Made by a program: the position numbers and the translations under genes. A stretch of 64,000 bases of DNA from an uncultured Candidatus Saccharibacteria bacterium. Its GTDB lineage: Bacteria > Patescibacteriota > Minisyncoccia > Phycocordibacterales > UBA918. The stretch covers positions 117,888-181,887 of the forward strand of contig CAZSOS010000001.1 of NCBI GenBank assembly GCA_964608605.1, read 5' to 3'. The notes under the pieces were generated by a model. The model did no database searches and was not told the origin of the DNA. It saw only the letters and a program-made list of their open reading frames with translations. Shown here one piece after another: positions 47,987 to 57,603 of the stretch; positions within the stretch are counted from its first letter, which is position 1, and each line of letters starts with the position of its first letter.

Positions 47987-49093
47987 ATGTTTTTCGCGGG
48001 TGCCAAAAGGAAGGCGGCCGATGACCTCGGCGTGCTGCTTGATATCGAGAGTAACGGCGTCACCATAGCCATAGCGCTCTCAGGCGAGCAAAGCGGCCAG
48101 CTCCGCGTCCTTTGGTCCTACAAGGAGGAAGTGCCCGTCACCGATCCGGGCCTGCTCGAGCGTCGGCTGTTCGTGGCCATATTGAACGCCTTTACCGAAC
48201 TAGGCAGCCAAGGCCTGCCGAGCTTGCGCAAAGAGGGCCGTTTCGACCTGCCGTCATTGGTGCAAGTATCGATGGCGGCGCCCTTTGCCTATACGGTCGG
48301 TCGCAACGTCTCCCTGAAGGACGAAAAGCCCTTCCGGATCACCCGCAAACTGGTCAAAGAACTGGAAAAAAAGGCTATCGACGAAGTGCGGGCTCAGGCG
48401 GAGAGCGAGCTGTTCTCCAAGAATCTCAAGCTGGCCGTACTATCGGACTCGACTGCCGCCCTTAGCGTCAACGGCTATCCAACCTACTTTCCTTTTCGGA
48501 GCACGGCCAGGGAGATCACGCTTTGCCAAGTGGTGGCCATCGGCCAGAGCGACATAGTGGAGCACGTCAAACGGTGTCAGGAGAAGATCCTGCCCGAAGC
48601 CAAGATCGACATCGACTCTTTCATGTCTTTGTATCTGCGAACGGTGACGGAGCTGGCACCGAAGGCCGATGACATGTGTCTGGTGGCGGTGGGTGACCAC
48701 GTGACCGAACTGCTGACCCAGCGTGACGGGTTGCCGCAAAGCTCCGTCTTCATGCCTTTTGGCGACGCCGATCAGGCACCGCGAGGAGGGAGTGCCAAGA
48801 CGGATTACCAAAGCGAGCTGGCTAAGCTCTTCGCGCGGAACAACGACGGATTGTCGCTCCCTAAGAATGTCTATCTGTTGTCCGACAAAGAGGTCGGGCA
48901 CTCCATCGCTCGGATCGCCCAAGCCGCCTCCAGGGAGGCCACGGGGACGCATCACCAGATATTCTCGGTGGCGGCCGCGTTCTTCAGCCGGCTCAACATA
49001 CAAGATGCGCGGCTCTGTTGTTTGGTTTTCGCGTACGGCCGCAAGCTGTATGAGGATCGGCATCTGACCGAATTAGAGGATATGATAAAATAG
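47987..49093 (+). CDS. hypothetical protein, possibly actin-fold (PilM/FtsA-like) ATPase
   Basis: LGVLLDIESNGVTIAIAL N-terminal motif reminiscent of PilM/FtsA phosphate-1; leaderless after TATAAT 47975-47980. Confidence 0.4.
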   Translation: MFFAGAKRKAADDLGVLLDIESNGVTIAIALSGEQSGQLRVLWSYKEEVPVTDPGLLERRLFVAILNAFTELGSQGLPSLRKEGRFDLPSLVQVSMAAPFAYTVGRNVSLKDEKPFRITRKLVKELEKKAIDEVRAQAESELFSKNLKLAVLSDSTAALSVNGYPTYFPFRSTAREITLCQVVAIGQSDIVEHVKRCQEKILPEAKIDIDSFMSLYLRTVTELAPKADDMCLVAVGDHVTELLTQRDGLPQSSVFMPFGDADQAPRGGSAKTDYQSELAKLFARNNDGLSLPKNVYLLSDKEVGHSIARIAQAASREATGTHHQIFSVAAAFFSRLNIQDARLCCLVFAYGRKLYEDRHLTELEDMIK

Positions 49094-49100
49094 TTCGCAT

Positions 49101-50390
49101 ATGGATAAGAAGTGGAATCTGCAGGACATTAAACCGTCTGAAAAAAGACGGACGACCTTAAGACCCTCGCCGCGGCAGGCGGAGCGGAGGAGCGAAGAGT
49201 CGCCCACTGTTTCCGAAGCTGGCGAAGCCAAAAGACGCCCGGCCGCGAGGAAAGAGCGTCGAGGATCGAAGAAAGGGATCGCGTTGGCCGCACTAGCGGT
49301 GGTCTTACTGGCTTTCGGCGGCGTTCTTTTCTCGGCTCTGACCAGCAAGACCGTCGTGACTGTCTTCCCGCGCTGGCGCGAACCGACTGTGAACGCCGTC
49401 TTCGAGGCGAAAAGGGACGCGTCCGGTACCGAGTTGGCCTATGAGATCATGTCTCTAGAGGCCCAGGGAGACCGTGAGGTGACGGCCACCGGACAGGAAG
49501 AGGTGGAGGAACAGGCCACCGGACGAGTTACCATCTATAACACCTCCAACGCCTCCCAACGGCTTATCACCAACACCCGTTTCGAGAGCGCTGGCGGACT
49601 CATATTCAGGATCAAGGATTCGGCCGTCGTACCGCCGGCGGCCGGCGGTACTCCTGGTTCCATCTCCGTGGAGGTATTCGCCGATCAGGCTGGACCGGAG
49701 TATAACCTCCCGGCCAACACCCGTTTCACCGCTCCCGGACTTAAAGGGTCGGACCTTTATGAATCGATCTATGCCGAGAATCCCGCGGCCATATCCGGAG
49801 GTCATCGCGGCCCTAAGTTCATCATCGATAACGCCGAACTGGAATCGGCCACGGCCTCCTTGCGTTCGGAGCTGCAGCAGGCCTTGGCCGGACGAGTAGC
49901 TTCGGAGAAGCCGGCCGGCTTCGCTACCTTCGACGCGGCCATCCGATACGCCTTCGAGGCTCTACCAGCCGAGGACCTCGGAAACGGCAAGGTCAAGATC
50001 CGGGAGAAGGTGACCTTACAGCTGCCGATGTTCAAGAACGAGGATTTCGCCTCCTTCATCGCTGCCGCCACCGTGCCCGGCTACGAAGGGGAGCCGGTGC
50101 GGATCGAGAATCTCTCGGTCTTCACCTTCGAATATGCTGGCGAACCCGATCTTTCGGCCGGAGAGCCCATCACCTTCAAATTGCTAGGTCGACCCAAGGT
50201 CATCTGGGCCTATGACGCCGAGCAGCTGAAGCGTGATTTGGCCGGAGGCGCCCAAACCGCCCTCAACACCGTGCTGGGTGGCTATCCGGCCATCGAAAAG
50301 GCCAATGCCACCATAAAACCCTTCTGGCGGAGGTCCTTCCCGGAGGATCCGGCCGGTATTACCGTGGTCGAAAGCCTTACGACCGAATAA
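49101..50390 (+). CDS. hypothetical membrane-anchored protein, Arg/Lys-rich N-terminus
   Basis: ORF with one TM helix and large extracytoplasmic region. Confidence 0.5.
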   Translation: MDKKWNLQDIKPSEKRRTTLRPSPRQAERRSEESPTVSEAGEAKRRPAARKERRGSKKGIALAALAVVLLAFGGVLFSALTSKTVVTVFPRWREPTVNAVFEAKRDASGTELAYEIMSLEAQGDREVTATGQEEVEEQATGRVTIYNTSNASQRLITNTRFESAGGLIFRIKDSAVVPPAAGGTPGSISVEVFADQAGPEYNLPANTRFTAPGLKGSDLYESIYAENPAAISGGHRGPKFIIDNAELESATASLRSELQQALAGRVASEKPAGFATFDAAIRYAFEALPAEDLGNGKVKIREKVTLQLPMFKNEDFASFIAAATVPGYEGEPVRIENLSVFTFEYAGEPDLSAGEPITFKLLGRPKVIWAYDAEQLKRDLAGGAQTALNTVLGGYPAIEKANATIKPFWRRSFPEDPAGITVVESLTTE

Positions 50391-50432
50391 TAACTTGACG
50401 TTTGTGGATACTTTTGCTAAACTCTTCCCCGT

Positions 50433-50654
50433 TTGATGCCGGGACAACAAAACGAAAACCTCGTCTACGGAGTTGTGGAGGAGGCGCTGCCTAACGCGCT
50501 CTTTCGGGTTGTGCTCGACGATACCAAGGAGACGATGCTCACGTATCTTTCCGGTAAGATGCGGAAGTTCCGTATCCGCGTACTCGTCGGCGACAAAGTG
50601 GCCATAGTGCCAGACCCGTATGGAGGCAAGGGCCGGATAACCAAACGAATGTAG
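50433..50654 (+). CDS. infA: translation initiation factor IF-1
   Basis: S1-like OB fold; FRVVLDD...[10 protein letters not shown]...GDKV signature. Confidence 0.9.
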   Translation: MMPGQQNENLVYGVVEEALPNALFRVVLDDTKETMLTYLSGKMRKFRIRVLVGDKVAIVPDPYGGKGRITKRM

Positions 50655-50665
50655 AGCTATAGAAT

Positions 50666-50782
50666 ATGAAAGTAAAATCTTCCATCAAAAAACGCAGCCC
50701 CGACGATATCATCGTTCGTCGCCGCGGCAAGATCTACGTCATCAACAAGCGAAAGCCGCGCCATAAGCAGCGTCAAGGATAA
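50666..50782 (+). CDS. rpmJ: 50S ribosomal protein L36 (38 aa), not in supplied ORF track
   Basis: [38 protein letters not shown] matches L36 family; sits between infA and rpsM as in canonical cluster. Confidence 0.85.
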   Translation: MKVKSSIKKRSPDDIIVRRRGKIYVINKRKPRHKQRQG

Positions 50783-50788
50783 ATTTCT

Positions 50789-51166
50789 ATGAGAATTTCA
50801 GGTATCAACATCCCAGATAACAAGCATCTCTCGTTCGGACTGACCGCCGTTTACGGCATCGGTCGTACCCGCGCCAAGGAGATCCTGGCCGAGCTTAAGA
50901 TAGACCAGTTCGCCAAGCCGGCCGACCTGTCCCCGGAATTGGAGAACTCCGTTCGCGAGAAGGTGGAGTCCTTCACCATCGAAGGCGAATTGAAGCGCAA
51001 GGTGTCCTCTGACATCAAGCGTCTCAAGGACATTCAGTCTTACCGCGGATCGCGCCATCAGAAGCGCTTGCCGGCCCGCGGCCAGCGCACCAAGACCAAC
51101 GCCCGCACCTTGAAGGGCGTCAAGAAGACGATGGGTAGCGGACGCCGTAAGCTCGAGAAAACCTAA
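50789..51166 (+). CDS. rpsM: 30S ribosomal protein S13
   Basis: MRISGINIPDNKHLSFGLTAVYGIGRTRA. Confidence 0.9.
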   Translation: MRISGINIPDNKHLSFGLTAVYGIGRTRAKEILAELKIDQFAKPADLSPELENSVREKVESFTIEGELKRKVSSDIKRLKDIQSYRGSRHQKRLPARGQRTKTNARTLKGVKKTMGSGRRKLEKT

Positions 51167-51239
51167 AAGTTGAAACTTGAAATCTCAAAATGGAAAATTT
51201 TCAACTTTGAGATTTCCACTTTAAATTTACAAATTTCCT

Positions 51240-51671
51240 ATGGGTAAGAAAAGAATCATAAAAAAAGGTGGAGGATCGGACGTGGCGGGTACTTCTCGCG
51301 CGCTTAACCGCGTGCCTAAGAAGAAGGTCGTCTCCGGCCGCCTCAACATCCTGGCCACCTTCAACAACACCATCGTCACTCTGGCCGACCAGAAGGGCAA
51401 CACCCTGATCGCGGCTTCCTCTGGAGCCATCGGTTTCAAGGGTTCGCGCAAGTCGACTCCGTTCGCCGCCGCCAAGGCTGGTGAGGTCATCGGCGAGAAG
51501 GCCAATCAGATGGGTATGCGCGACGCCGAGGTGATCATTCGCGGCATCGGCGCCGGTCGCGAGTCGGCTCTCCGGGCTTTCGCCGGCAAAGGCATCTCCG
51601 TCACCAAGATCATCGACATGACCCCGGTGCCGCACAACGGCCCGAGGGCTAAGAAGCCGCGCCGCGTCTAG
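51240..51671 (+). CDS. rpsK: 30S ribosomal protein S11
   Basis: ATFNNTIVTLADQKGNTLIAASSGAIGFKGSRKSTPFAA. Confidence 0.9.
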   Translation: MGKKRIIKKGGGSDVAGTSRALNRVPKKKVVSGRLNILATFNNTIVTLADQKGNTLIAASSGAIGFKGSRKSTPFAAAKAGEVIGEKANQMGMRDAEVIIRGIGAGRESALRAFAGKGISVTKIIDMTPVPHNGPRAKKPRRV

Positions 51672-51697
51672 TCAGCTAAATCGTTTACTGTTTACTT

Positions 51698-52309
51698 ATG
51701 AAAATCGGTCCAAAATTCAAGATAGCCAAACGCCTCGGAGCTCCCATCTTCGAGAAGACGCAAACCCAAAAGTTTGCGGCTTCGGCGGCGCGTACCGGCG
51801 ACAGAAAGAAGAAGAACGTCCGTCCCGGACAGATGAGCGACTACAAACGTCAGCTGATCGAGAAGCAGAAGATGCGTCTTACTTACGGCATCACCGAGAA
51901 GCAGCTGCGCAAATACGTGGACGAAGCGCTTCAGAAGAGCGAGCAGCCGGTTCAGTTCTTGATGTCCCGCTTGGAATCTCGTTTGGACAACGTGGCCTAT
52001 CGCCTCGGACTCGCTAAGACCCGCCGCCTAGCCCGCCAGATGGCTTCCCACGGCCACCTGACCGTCAATGGCCGCAAGTTCACCATCCCGTCGCACCAGC
52101 TCCGCGCCGGAGACGTGGTTTCCGTCCGCGAAGGCAGCCGCAACTCCGTGCTCTTCACCGATCTTTCCGAAAGACACTCCGGAGTCGTCCCAACCTGGCT
52201 GAAGTTCGATATGAAGAAGCTGGAAGGAAAGATGGATGGCCAGCCGGCCTATGAGCCGGCGGAGACTTTGTTCGATCCCGAGCAGGTGTTCGAGTTCTAT
52301 AGCCGCTAG
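51698..52309 (+). CDS. rpsD: 30S ribosomal protein S4
   Basis: S4 domain; RLDNVAYRLGLAKTRRLARQMASHGHLTVNGRKFTIPSHQL. Confidence 0.9.
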   Translation: MKIGPKFKIAKRLGAPIFEKTQTQKFAASAARTGDRKKKNVRPGQMSDYKRQLIEKQKMRLTYGITEKQLRKYVDEALQKSEQPVQFLMSRLESRLDNVAYRLGLAKTRRLARQMASHGHLTVNGRKFTIPSHQLRAGDVVSVREGSRNSVLFTDLSERHSGVVPTWLKFDMKKLEGKMDGQPAYEPAETLFDPEQVFEFYSR

Positions 52310-52357
52310 AACGGACGCCTTTCTGAAATTTATTAAAGGACCTTTAACATCACCACT

Positions 52358-53311
52358 ATGTTAGAAACCAACGTCACGCTACCGAGCAAGCCTCGCGTCG
52401 TCAAAGAAGAAGAATTTCAGGGGATCTACGAGATCGACGGCCTTTACCCGGGATACGGCCACACTCTCGGCAATAGCCTCCGCCGCATCATCCTATCCTC
52501 ATTGCCCGGAGCGGCCGTGACCCACGTCAAGATCGACGGCGTCAAGCACGAGTTCGACGCCATCGACGGCGTTCGCGAGGACGTCATCACCATCCTCCTC
52601 AACATCAAGCGTGTTCGTCTGGCCCTTCATGGCGAAGAGCCGGTTACCATGACCTTGAAGGCTGACAAGATGGGCGTGGTCACCGCCGGTGACATCAAGG
52701 CTCCTTCCCAGATCGAGATCCTTTCGCCGGAACAGCCGATCGCTGAGATCACCGCCAAGGGCGTTTCTTTGGATATCGAGATGACCGTGGCCCGCGGACT
52801 CGGCTACGTCCCTCGCGAAGTGCACCAGAAGGAGAAGATGGACATCGGCGCCATCGCCATGGACGCGGTCTTCACTCCGATCCGCCGCGCCAACTACGAG
52901 GTAGAGAACATGCGCGTCGGCGACCGCACCGACTACAACCGTCTGCGTCTCTTTATCGAGACCGATGGCACCATGAGCCCCAAGGAAGCTCTGGAAAAGT
53001 CCGTCGAGATCATGATCCATCAGCTGAAGGCCGTGACTGGCTTCAAGGAGATCAGCGAGGAATCGGCTCCGGCCGAGACCGCCGCCGACACTTCCTCTGA
53101 GGTCGATCCGGACGTCCTCAAGACCCGCATCGAGAACCTCGAACTGTCGGCTCGCACCATGACCGCCCTCGGCGACGCTTCGATCCGGACCATCGGCGGA
53201 CTTGTGAAAAAGTCAAAGGATGATATCCTCTCGCTTGACGGAATCGGCCCTAAAGGTCTTGATGAGATCGTCTCGCTCTTGAAGGAGATGGGTCTGTCCC
53301 TGGCCGAGTAA
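52358..53311 (+). CDS. rpoA: DNA-directed RNA polymerase subunit alpha
   Basis: NTD dimerisation motifs and C-terminal HhH domain LELSARTMTAL. Confidence 0.9.
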   Translation: MLETNVTLPSKPRVVKEEEFQGIYEIDGLYPGYGHTLGNSLRRIILSSLPGAAVTHVKIDGVKHEFDAIDGVREDVITILLNIKRVRLALHGEEPVTMTLKADKMGVVTAGDIKAPSQIEILSPEQPIAEITAKGVSLDIEMTVARGLGYVPREVHQKEKMDIGAIAMDAVFTPIRRANYEVENMRVGDRTDYNRLRLFIETDGTMSPKEALEKSVEIMIHQLKAVTGFKEISEESAPAETAADTSSEVDPDVLKTRIENLELSARTMTALGDASIRTIGGLVKKSKDDILSLDGIGPKGLDEIVSLLKEMGLSLAE

Positions 53312-53334
53312 GTTAAAAAGTTCAAGCAGTTACC

Positions 53335-53688
53335 ATGAATCACGCGAAATCAACCAGAAAACTCAGCCGAACCCGCCGCGGGCGCACCGCTCTTTTGCGT
53401 GGTCTGGCCGCTGACCTGATCTTGAAGGGCAAGATCAAGACCACCGAGGCTAAGGCCAAGGAACTTCGGCCTTTCGCCGAGCGTTTGGTCACCTACGGCA
53501 AGCGTTCCACCGTGGCTTCCCGCCGCCTGGCCGCCAGCGCGCTTGGCGAGCCGCGCGAGGCCGTCATCAAGAAGCTGTTTGACGACGTGGCCGCCAAGTA
53601 CCAGGACCGCCAGGGCGGTTACACCCGCATCGTCAAGATGGGACGCACCGAGGCCGGCCGTGACGAAGCGGTAATCGAATTTGTATAA
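53335..53688 (+). CDS. rplQ: 50S ribosomal protein L17
   Basis: LLRGLAADLILKGKIKTTEAKAKELRPFAERLVT. Confidence 0.9.
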   Translation: MNHAKSTRKLSRTRRGRTALLRGLAADLILKGKIKTTEAKAKELRPFAERLVTYGKRSTVASRRLAASALGEPREAVIKKLFDDVAAKYQDRQGGYTRIVKMGRTEAGRDEAVIEFV

Positions 53689-53689
53689 T

Positions 53690-54052
53690 ATGGAAAAGGA
53701 AACCACTAACAACGAGTACGTGATCGACGCCGCCGGCAAGCGCCTCGGTCGCGTGGCCACCGAGGCCGCCAGCGTGCTGCTCGGCAAGAACTCTCCGGAC
53801 TTCTCCAAGAACGAGATCGCGGACGTGACCGTGAAGATCGAAAACGCTTCCAAGATGGACATCCCGGAACATCGCGAGAAGGAGATCTACCAGAGCTATT
53901 CCGGCTACCCGGGAGGCCGCCGCACCGAGACCTTGGCCCACTTGGGGAAGCGTCTTGGATTCGCGGAGGTCCTGAAGCGCACTATCTCCGGCATGCTGCC
54001 GAAGAACAAGCTGCGCAAGCCGACCTTGCATAACCTAAAGATAACCGAGTAA
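53690..54052 (+). CDS. rplM: 50S ribosomal protein L13
   Basis: L13 family; ATG 53690 directly after rplQ stop (TTG 53681 alternative). Confidence 0.85.
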   Translation: MEKETTNNEYVIDAAGKRLGRVATEAASVLLGKNSPDFSKNEIADVTVKIENASKMDIPEHREKEIYQSYSGYPGGRRTETLAHLGKRLGFAEVLKRTISGMLPKNKLRKPTLHNLKITE

Positions 54053-54055
54053 TTT

Positions 54056-54466
54056 ATGTCAGCCACTACTAAAGAGCGATACAACGAAGGCATTGGCCGC
54101 CGCAAGACCGCGAGCGCTCGCGTTCGTCTGACTCCGGCGAAGTCGACCACCGTCACGGTGAACGATAAGAAGCTCGAGGACTACTTCAAGCATCAGGCGC
54201 AGATCAATCGCGTCATGGCGGTGCTTTCCACCAAGGAACTCGGCCTTGGAGATTACACCATCACCGTCCAGGTATCGGGTTCTGGTCTTTCCGCCCAGGC
54301 TGACGCGGTGAAGCTTGGTATCGCCCGCGCACTTTTGAAGGAGAGTGGTGAACGCCGCGGCACCCTGAAGAAGGAAGGTTTCCTTAAGCGCGACTCCCGC
54401 GCCGTGGAGCGCAAGAAGTTCGGCTTGCGGAAAGCCCGCCGCGCGCCACAGTGGTCAAAGCGTTAA
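54056..54466 (+). CDS. rpsI: 30S ribosomal protein S9
   Basis: GRRKTASARVRL ... KFGLRKARRAPQWSKR. Confidence 0.9.
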   Translation: MSATTKERYNEGIGRRKTASARVRLTPAKSTTVTVNDKKLEDYFKHQAQINRVMAVLSTKELGLGDYTITVQVSGSGLSAQADAVKLGIARALLKESGERRGTLKKEGFLKRDSRAVERKKFGLRKARRAPQWSKR

Positions 54467-54467
54467 G

Positions 54468-54494
54468 AAAAGAGCTCCGTTTGGAGCTCTTTTT
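54468..54494. terminator. rho-independent terminator after rpsI
   Basis: AAAAGAGCTCCgtttGGAGCTCTTTTT. Confidence 0.8.
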
Positions 54495-54499
54495 AGCTT

Positions 54500-54625
54500 T
54501 GACGGCCGGAGCGTTGTGATTTTGCGGCTAATTCCTGCCGCAAAATCACCGCGAGGCGGGCCTGCGAGCGCTTAGTAGAATTGGAACGAAGCGAACAATT
54601 ATACTTAGCGACTCGATGGGGAAAC
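54500..54625. repeat. Dispersed modular intergenic repeat, copy 3, with 13-bp stem hairpin
   Basis: GCCGGAGCGTT, GTGATTTTGCGGCtaattcctGCCGCAAAATCAC, CCGCGAGGCGGG, GAACGAAGCGAA shared with 5557-5790. Confidence 0.55.
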
Positions 54626-54633
54626 GCTAGAAG

Positions 54634-54658
54634 ATAAAAGCCCCAAAGGGGCTTTTAT
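54634..54658. terminator. bidirectional terminator
   Basis: AAAAGCCCCaaaGGGGCTTTT. Confidence 0.75.
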
Positions 54659-54677
54659 AAATTCGTTAAACTTTACT

Positions 54678-55076
54678 CTACACCAAATTAAAGAAAGTCG
54701 GTATAACCCTGATTATTCGAGTTCCTATGTCGACCTCTATCACGTTCTTTCTTTTATCTATACTTGAGATCTTGCCGGTAATCTTACCATCAGTGACCCT
54801 GTCACCAACCTTTAGCATCTTGGCTTCCAACAGCTGCGCCCGCTCCAACGTCTCCTTCTTTATTCTTTTGCGGACTTCAACAGCTGACAGCTGCCGCTTC
54901 TCGTCCTTTTCTTTATAAAGTCTCCCGTAGTTCGTCCCTATGTTCAGGACAGTGCCGGCGACCTTCAAATGACGTTTGATGCGCTTAAGATCCCTAGAGA
55001 CCATCAGATCCTCCTCAAGGTTCAATTCAAAGGATAAAATACCACGTTTGTTATTTTTGACAACAACGTTCTTCAC
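54678..55076 (-). CDS. hypothetical basic protein (132 aa), GTG start
   Basis: ORF; KOW-like GDRVTDGKITGKI segment; start very close to palindromic TTATAA -10 so true start uncertain. Confidence 0.4.
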   Translation of the reverse strand: MKNVVVKNNKRGILSFELNLEEDLMVSRDLKRIKRHLKVAGTVLNIGTNYGRLYKEKDEKRQLSAVEVRKRIKKETLERAQLLEAKMLKVGDRVTDGKITGKISSIDKRKNVIEVDIGTRIIRVIPTFFNLV

Positions 55077-55079
55077 CGT

Positions 55080-55085
55080 TATAAT
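55080..55085 (+). promoter_or_regulatory. -10 box TATAAT 9 nt upstream of grpE ATG; palindromic TTATAA core also reads as -10 for divergent minus-strand gene
   Basis: cgTTATAATgcgggagttATG. Confidence 0.4.
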
Positions 55086-55094
55086 GCGGGAGTT

Positions 55095-55643
55095 ATGGAG
55101 GAAAGAGATGATATAGACATGGAGATGACGGAAGCGGAAGAAGCCCCCATCGAAGACACTGAATTGGAAGAGGAAGAGGCCATGTCGAAGGACAAGCTGA
55201 AGCGACTGAGAGACAAACTGAAACGAGCCGAGGAGGAGAAGATGACCGCGCTTGAAGACCTCGCTCGGGCCAGGGCCGACTTCCTCAACGCTCGTCGCCG
55301 GATGGACGAAGAAAGGATATCCGACCGGGAGCGTACCAAATTAGGATTCGTGGAGGATCTGCTGCCGCTTTGCGACAGTTTCACCATGGCCCTCAAGGAC
55401 GCGGCTTTCGAGGCTTTGCCGGACCATCTCAAGAAAGGCATCCTCGGCATCAACATGCAGCTTTCTTCCATACTTAAAGGCTATGGAGTTGAGGAGTTCG
55501 GAAGCGTCGGCGACGAGTTCGATCCGAACCTCCACGAAGCCTTGGCGAACGACGGTGACGGACTGGTCTTGAAGGAGATCGTACAGAAAGGGTACAAAGC
55601 TGGAGAGAAGGTGATCCGTCCGGCCAAAGTCATCGTCAGCTGA
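55095..55643 (+). CDS. grpE: nucleotide exchange factor GrpE
   Basis: acidic N-terminus, long helix, C-terminal GYKAGEKVIRPAKVIVS beta domain. Confidence 0.85.
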   Translation: MEERDDIDMEMTEAEEAPIEDTELEEEEAMSKDKLKRLRDKLKRAEEEKMTALEDLARARADFLNARRRMDEERISDRERTKLGFVEDLLPLCDSFTMALKDAAFEALPDHLKKGILGINMQLSSILKGYGVEEFGSVGDEFDPNLHEALANDGDGLVLKEIVQKGYKAGEKVIRPAKVIVS

Positions 55644-55685
55644 CAAACTTACTAAGAGCTAATTGCTAATAACTAAGAGCTATCT

Positions 55686-57536
55686 ATGGCAAAAATAATC
55701 GGTATCGACCTGGGAACGACCAACTCGGCAGTGGCTTTCATAGAGGCTGGCGAGCCGAAGATCATCGAGAACGCCGAAGGCGGACGCACCACCCCTTCGG
55801 TGGTGGCCATCTCCAAGACCGGAGAACGCCTGGTGGGCCAGATCGCCAAGCGGCAGGCCGTCACCAACCCCCAGAACACCATCTACGGCATCAAGCGCTT
55901 CATGGGCCATTCCTTCAAGGAAGAGGCGGTGCAGAAAGATAAGGCTATCGTGCCTTACGAAGTGAAGGACGGAGCCGACGGAGGAGTTCTGGTCAAGATG
56001 AGCGACAAGGACTACCGTCCGGAGGAGGTATCGGCCATGATACTCACGAAGCTCAAGGCCGACGCCGAAGCTAAGCTCGGAGAGAAGGTGACCGAGGCGG
56101 TCATCACCGTCCCGGCCTACTTCAACGACGCTCAGCGCAAGGCTACCCAGGACGCCGGCAAGATCGCCGGACTGGAGGTCAGGCGCATCATCAACGAGCC
56201 GACCGCGGCAGCGCTCGCCTACGGTTTCAATAAGAAGAAGGACGAGCAGCTGGTGGTCTTCGACTTTGGCGGCGGCACCTTCGACGTCACGGTGCTCGAA
56301 GTGGGCGACGACGTGGTGGAGGTGAAATCCACCGATGGCGACGCGCACATGGGCGGCCGCGACATCGACCAGGAGATCGTCCGCTGGTTGATCGCCGAGT
56401 TCAAGAAGTCCGAAGGCATCGACCTCGGCAACGACAAGTTGGCCCTTCAGCGCCTGGATGAGGCCGCCGAAAAGGCCAAGCTTGAGCTCTCATCTTCCAT
56501 GGAGACTGAGATCAACATTCCGTTCGTCACCTCCGGTGCGGACGGGCCGAAGCATCTTTTGATCAAGCTGACCCGCGCCAAGCTCGAAGAGCTGGCCCAC
56601 GAGTACGTCGATCGTGCCATGGAGATCACTAAGCGCGCCTTGGAGGCCTCTCCGTTCAAGAAGGAAGACATCGACGAGATCATCATGGTCGGCGGCCAGA
56701 CCCGCATGCCGATGATCGTGCAGATGGTGAAGGAATTCTTCGGCAAGGAACCGAACAAGTCGATCAACCCCGACGAAGTGGTGGCGCTCGGCGCCGCCAT
56801 CCAGGCCGGTATCTTCCAGGGCGACGTGCAGGACATCACGCTGGTGGACGTCATTCCGCTGTCTTTGGGCATCGAAACCATGGGAGGGGTCAACACCAAG
56901 CTGATAGAGAAGAACACCCACATCCCCACCGCGAAGTCCCAGGTGTTCTCCACGGCGGCCGACAACCAGACCTCGACGGAGATCCATATCGTCCAGGGAG
57001 AACGAGCTTTGGCCGCCGACAACAAGTCGCTCGGCCGCTTCATCCTCGACGGTATCCCGCCGGCTCCGCGCGGCGTGCCGCAGGTGGAGGTTACCTTCGA
57101 CGTCGACTCCAATGGCGTTCTCAAAGTGACCGCCAAGGACAAGGCCACCGGCAAAGAGCAGTCTATCCGCATCGAAGCTAGCTCCGGACTCTCGACCGAC
57201 GATATCGAGCGCATGAAGCAGGATGCTGACGCTCACGCGGCCGAGGACGCCAAGAAAAAGGAGACCGTGGAAGCCCGCAACTTGGCCGACCAACTCATCT
57301 ATACCGCCGAAAAGGCGCTTAAAGACCATGCCGAGAAAGTGTCTGATGAGATAAAGACCGGCATCGAAAGTAAGATAACCGACCTTAAGAACGTCAAGGA
57401 CAAGGATGACGCGGCCGCCATCAAATCAGCTACCGAAGCCCTTTCGACGGAGCTCGGCAAGATCGGCGAGGCCATACAGCAATCGGGACAACCAGAAAAT
57501 CCCGCGTCAGAAGACACAAGCGATAAAAAGGAGTAA
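55686..57536 (+). CDS. dnaK: molecular chaperone DnaK (Hsp70)
   Basis: [18 protein letters not shown], full-length Hsp70. Confidence 0.95.
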   Translation: MAKIIGIDLGTTNSAVAFIEAGEPKIIENAEGGRTTPSVVAISKTGERLVGQIAKRQAVTNPQNTIYGIKRFMGHSFKEEAVQKDKAIVPYEVKDGADGGVLVKMSDKDYRPEEVSAMILTKLKADAEAKLGEKVTEAVITVPAYFNDAQRKATQDAGKIAGLEVRRIINEPTAAALAYGFNKKKDEQLVVFDFGGGTFDVTVLEVGDDVVEVKSTDGDAHMGGRDIDQEIVRWLIAEFKKSEGIDLGNDKLALQRLDEAAEKAKLELSSSMETEINIPFVTSGADGPKHLLIKLTRAKLEELAHEYVDRAMEITKRALEASPFKKEDIDEIIMVGGQTRMPMIVQMVKEFFGKEPNKSINPDEVVALGAAIQAGIFQGDVQDITLVDVIPLSLGIETMGGVNTKLIEKNTHIPTAKSQVFSTAADNQTSTEIHIVQGERALAADNKSLGRFILDGIPPAPRGVPQVEVTFDVDSNGVLKVTAKDKATGKEQSIRIEASSGLSTDDIERMKQDADAHAAEDAKKKETVEARNLADQLIYTAEKALKDHAEKVSDEIKTGIESKITDLKNVKDKDDAAAIKSATEALSTELGKIGEAIQQSGQPENPASEDTSDKKE

Positions 57537-57603
57537 GATGCAAGCAATGCGTGGCGGCGAAGCCGCCACGCCACTCAACCCTGAACCCTAATCCCTTTAC
57601 CCT

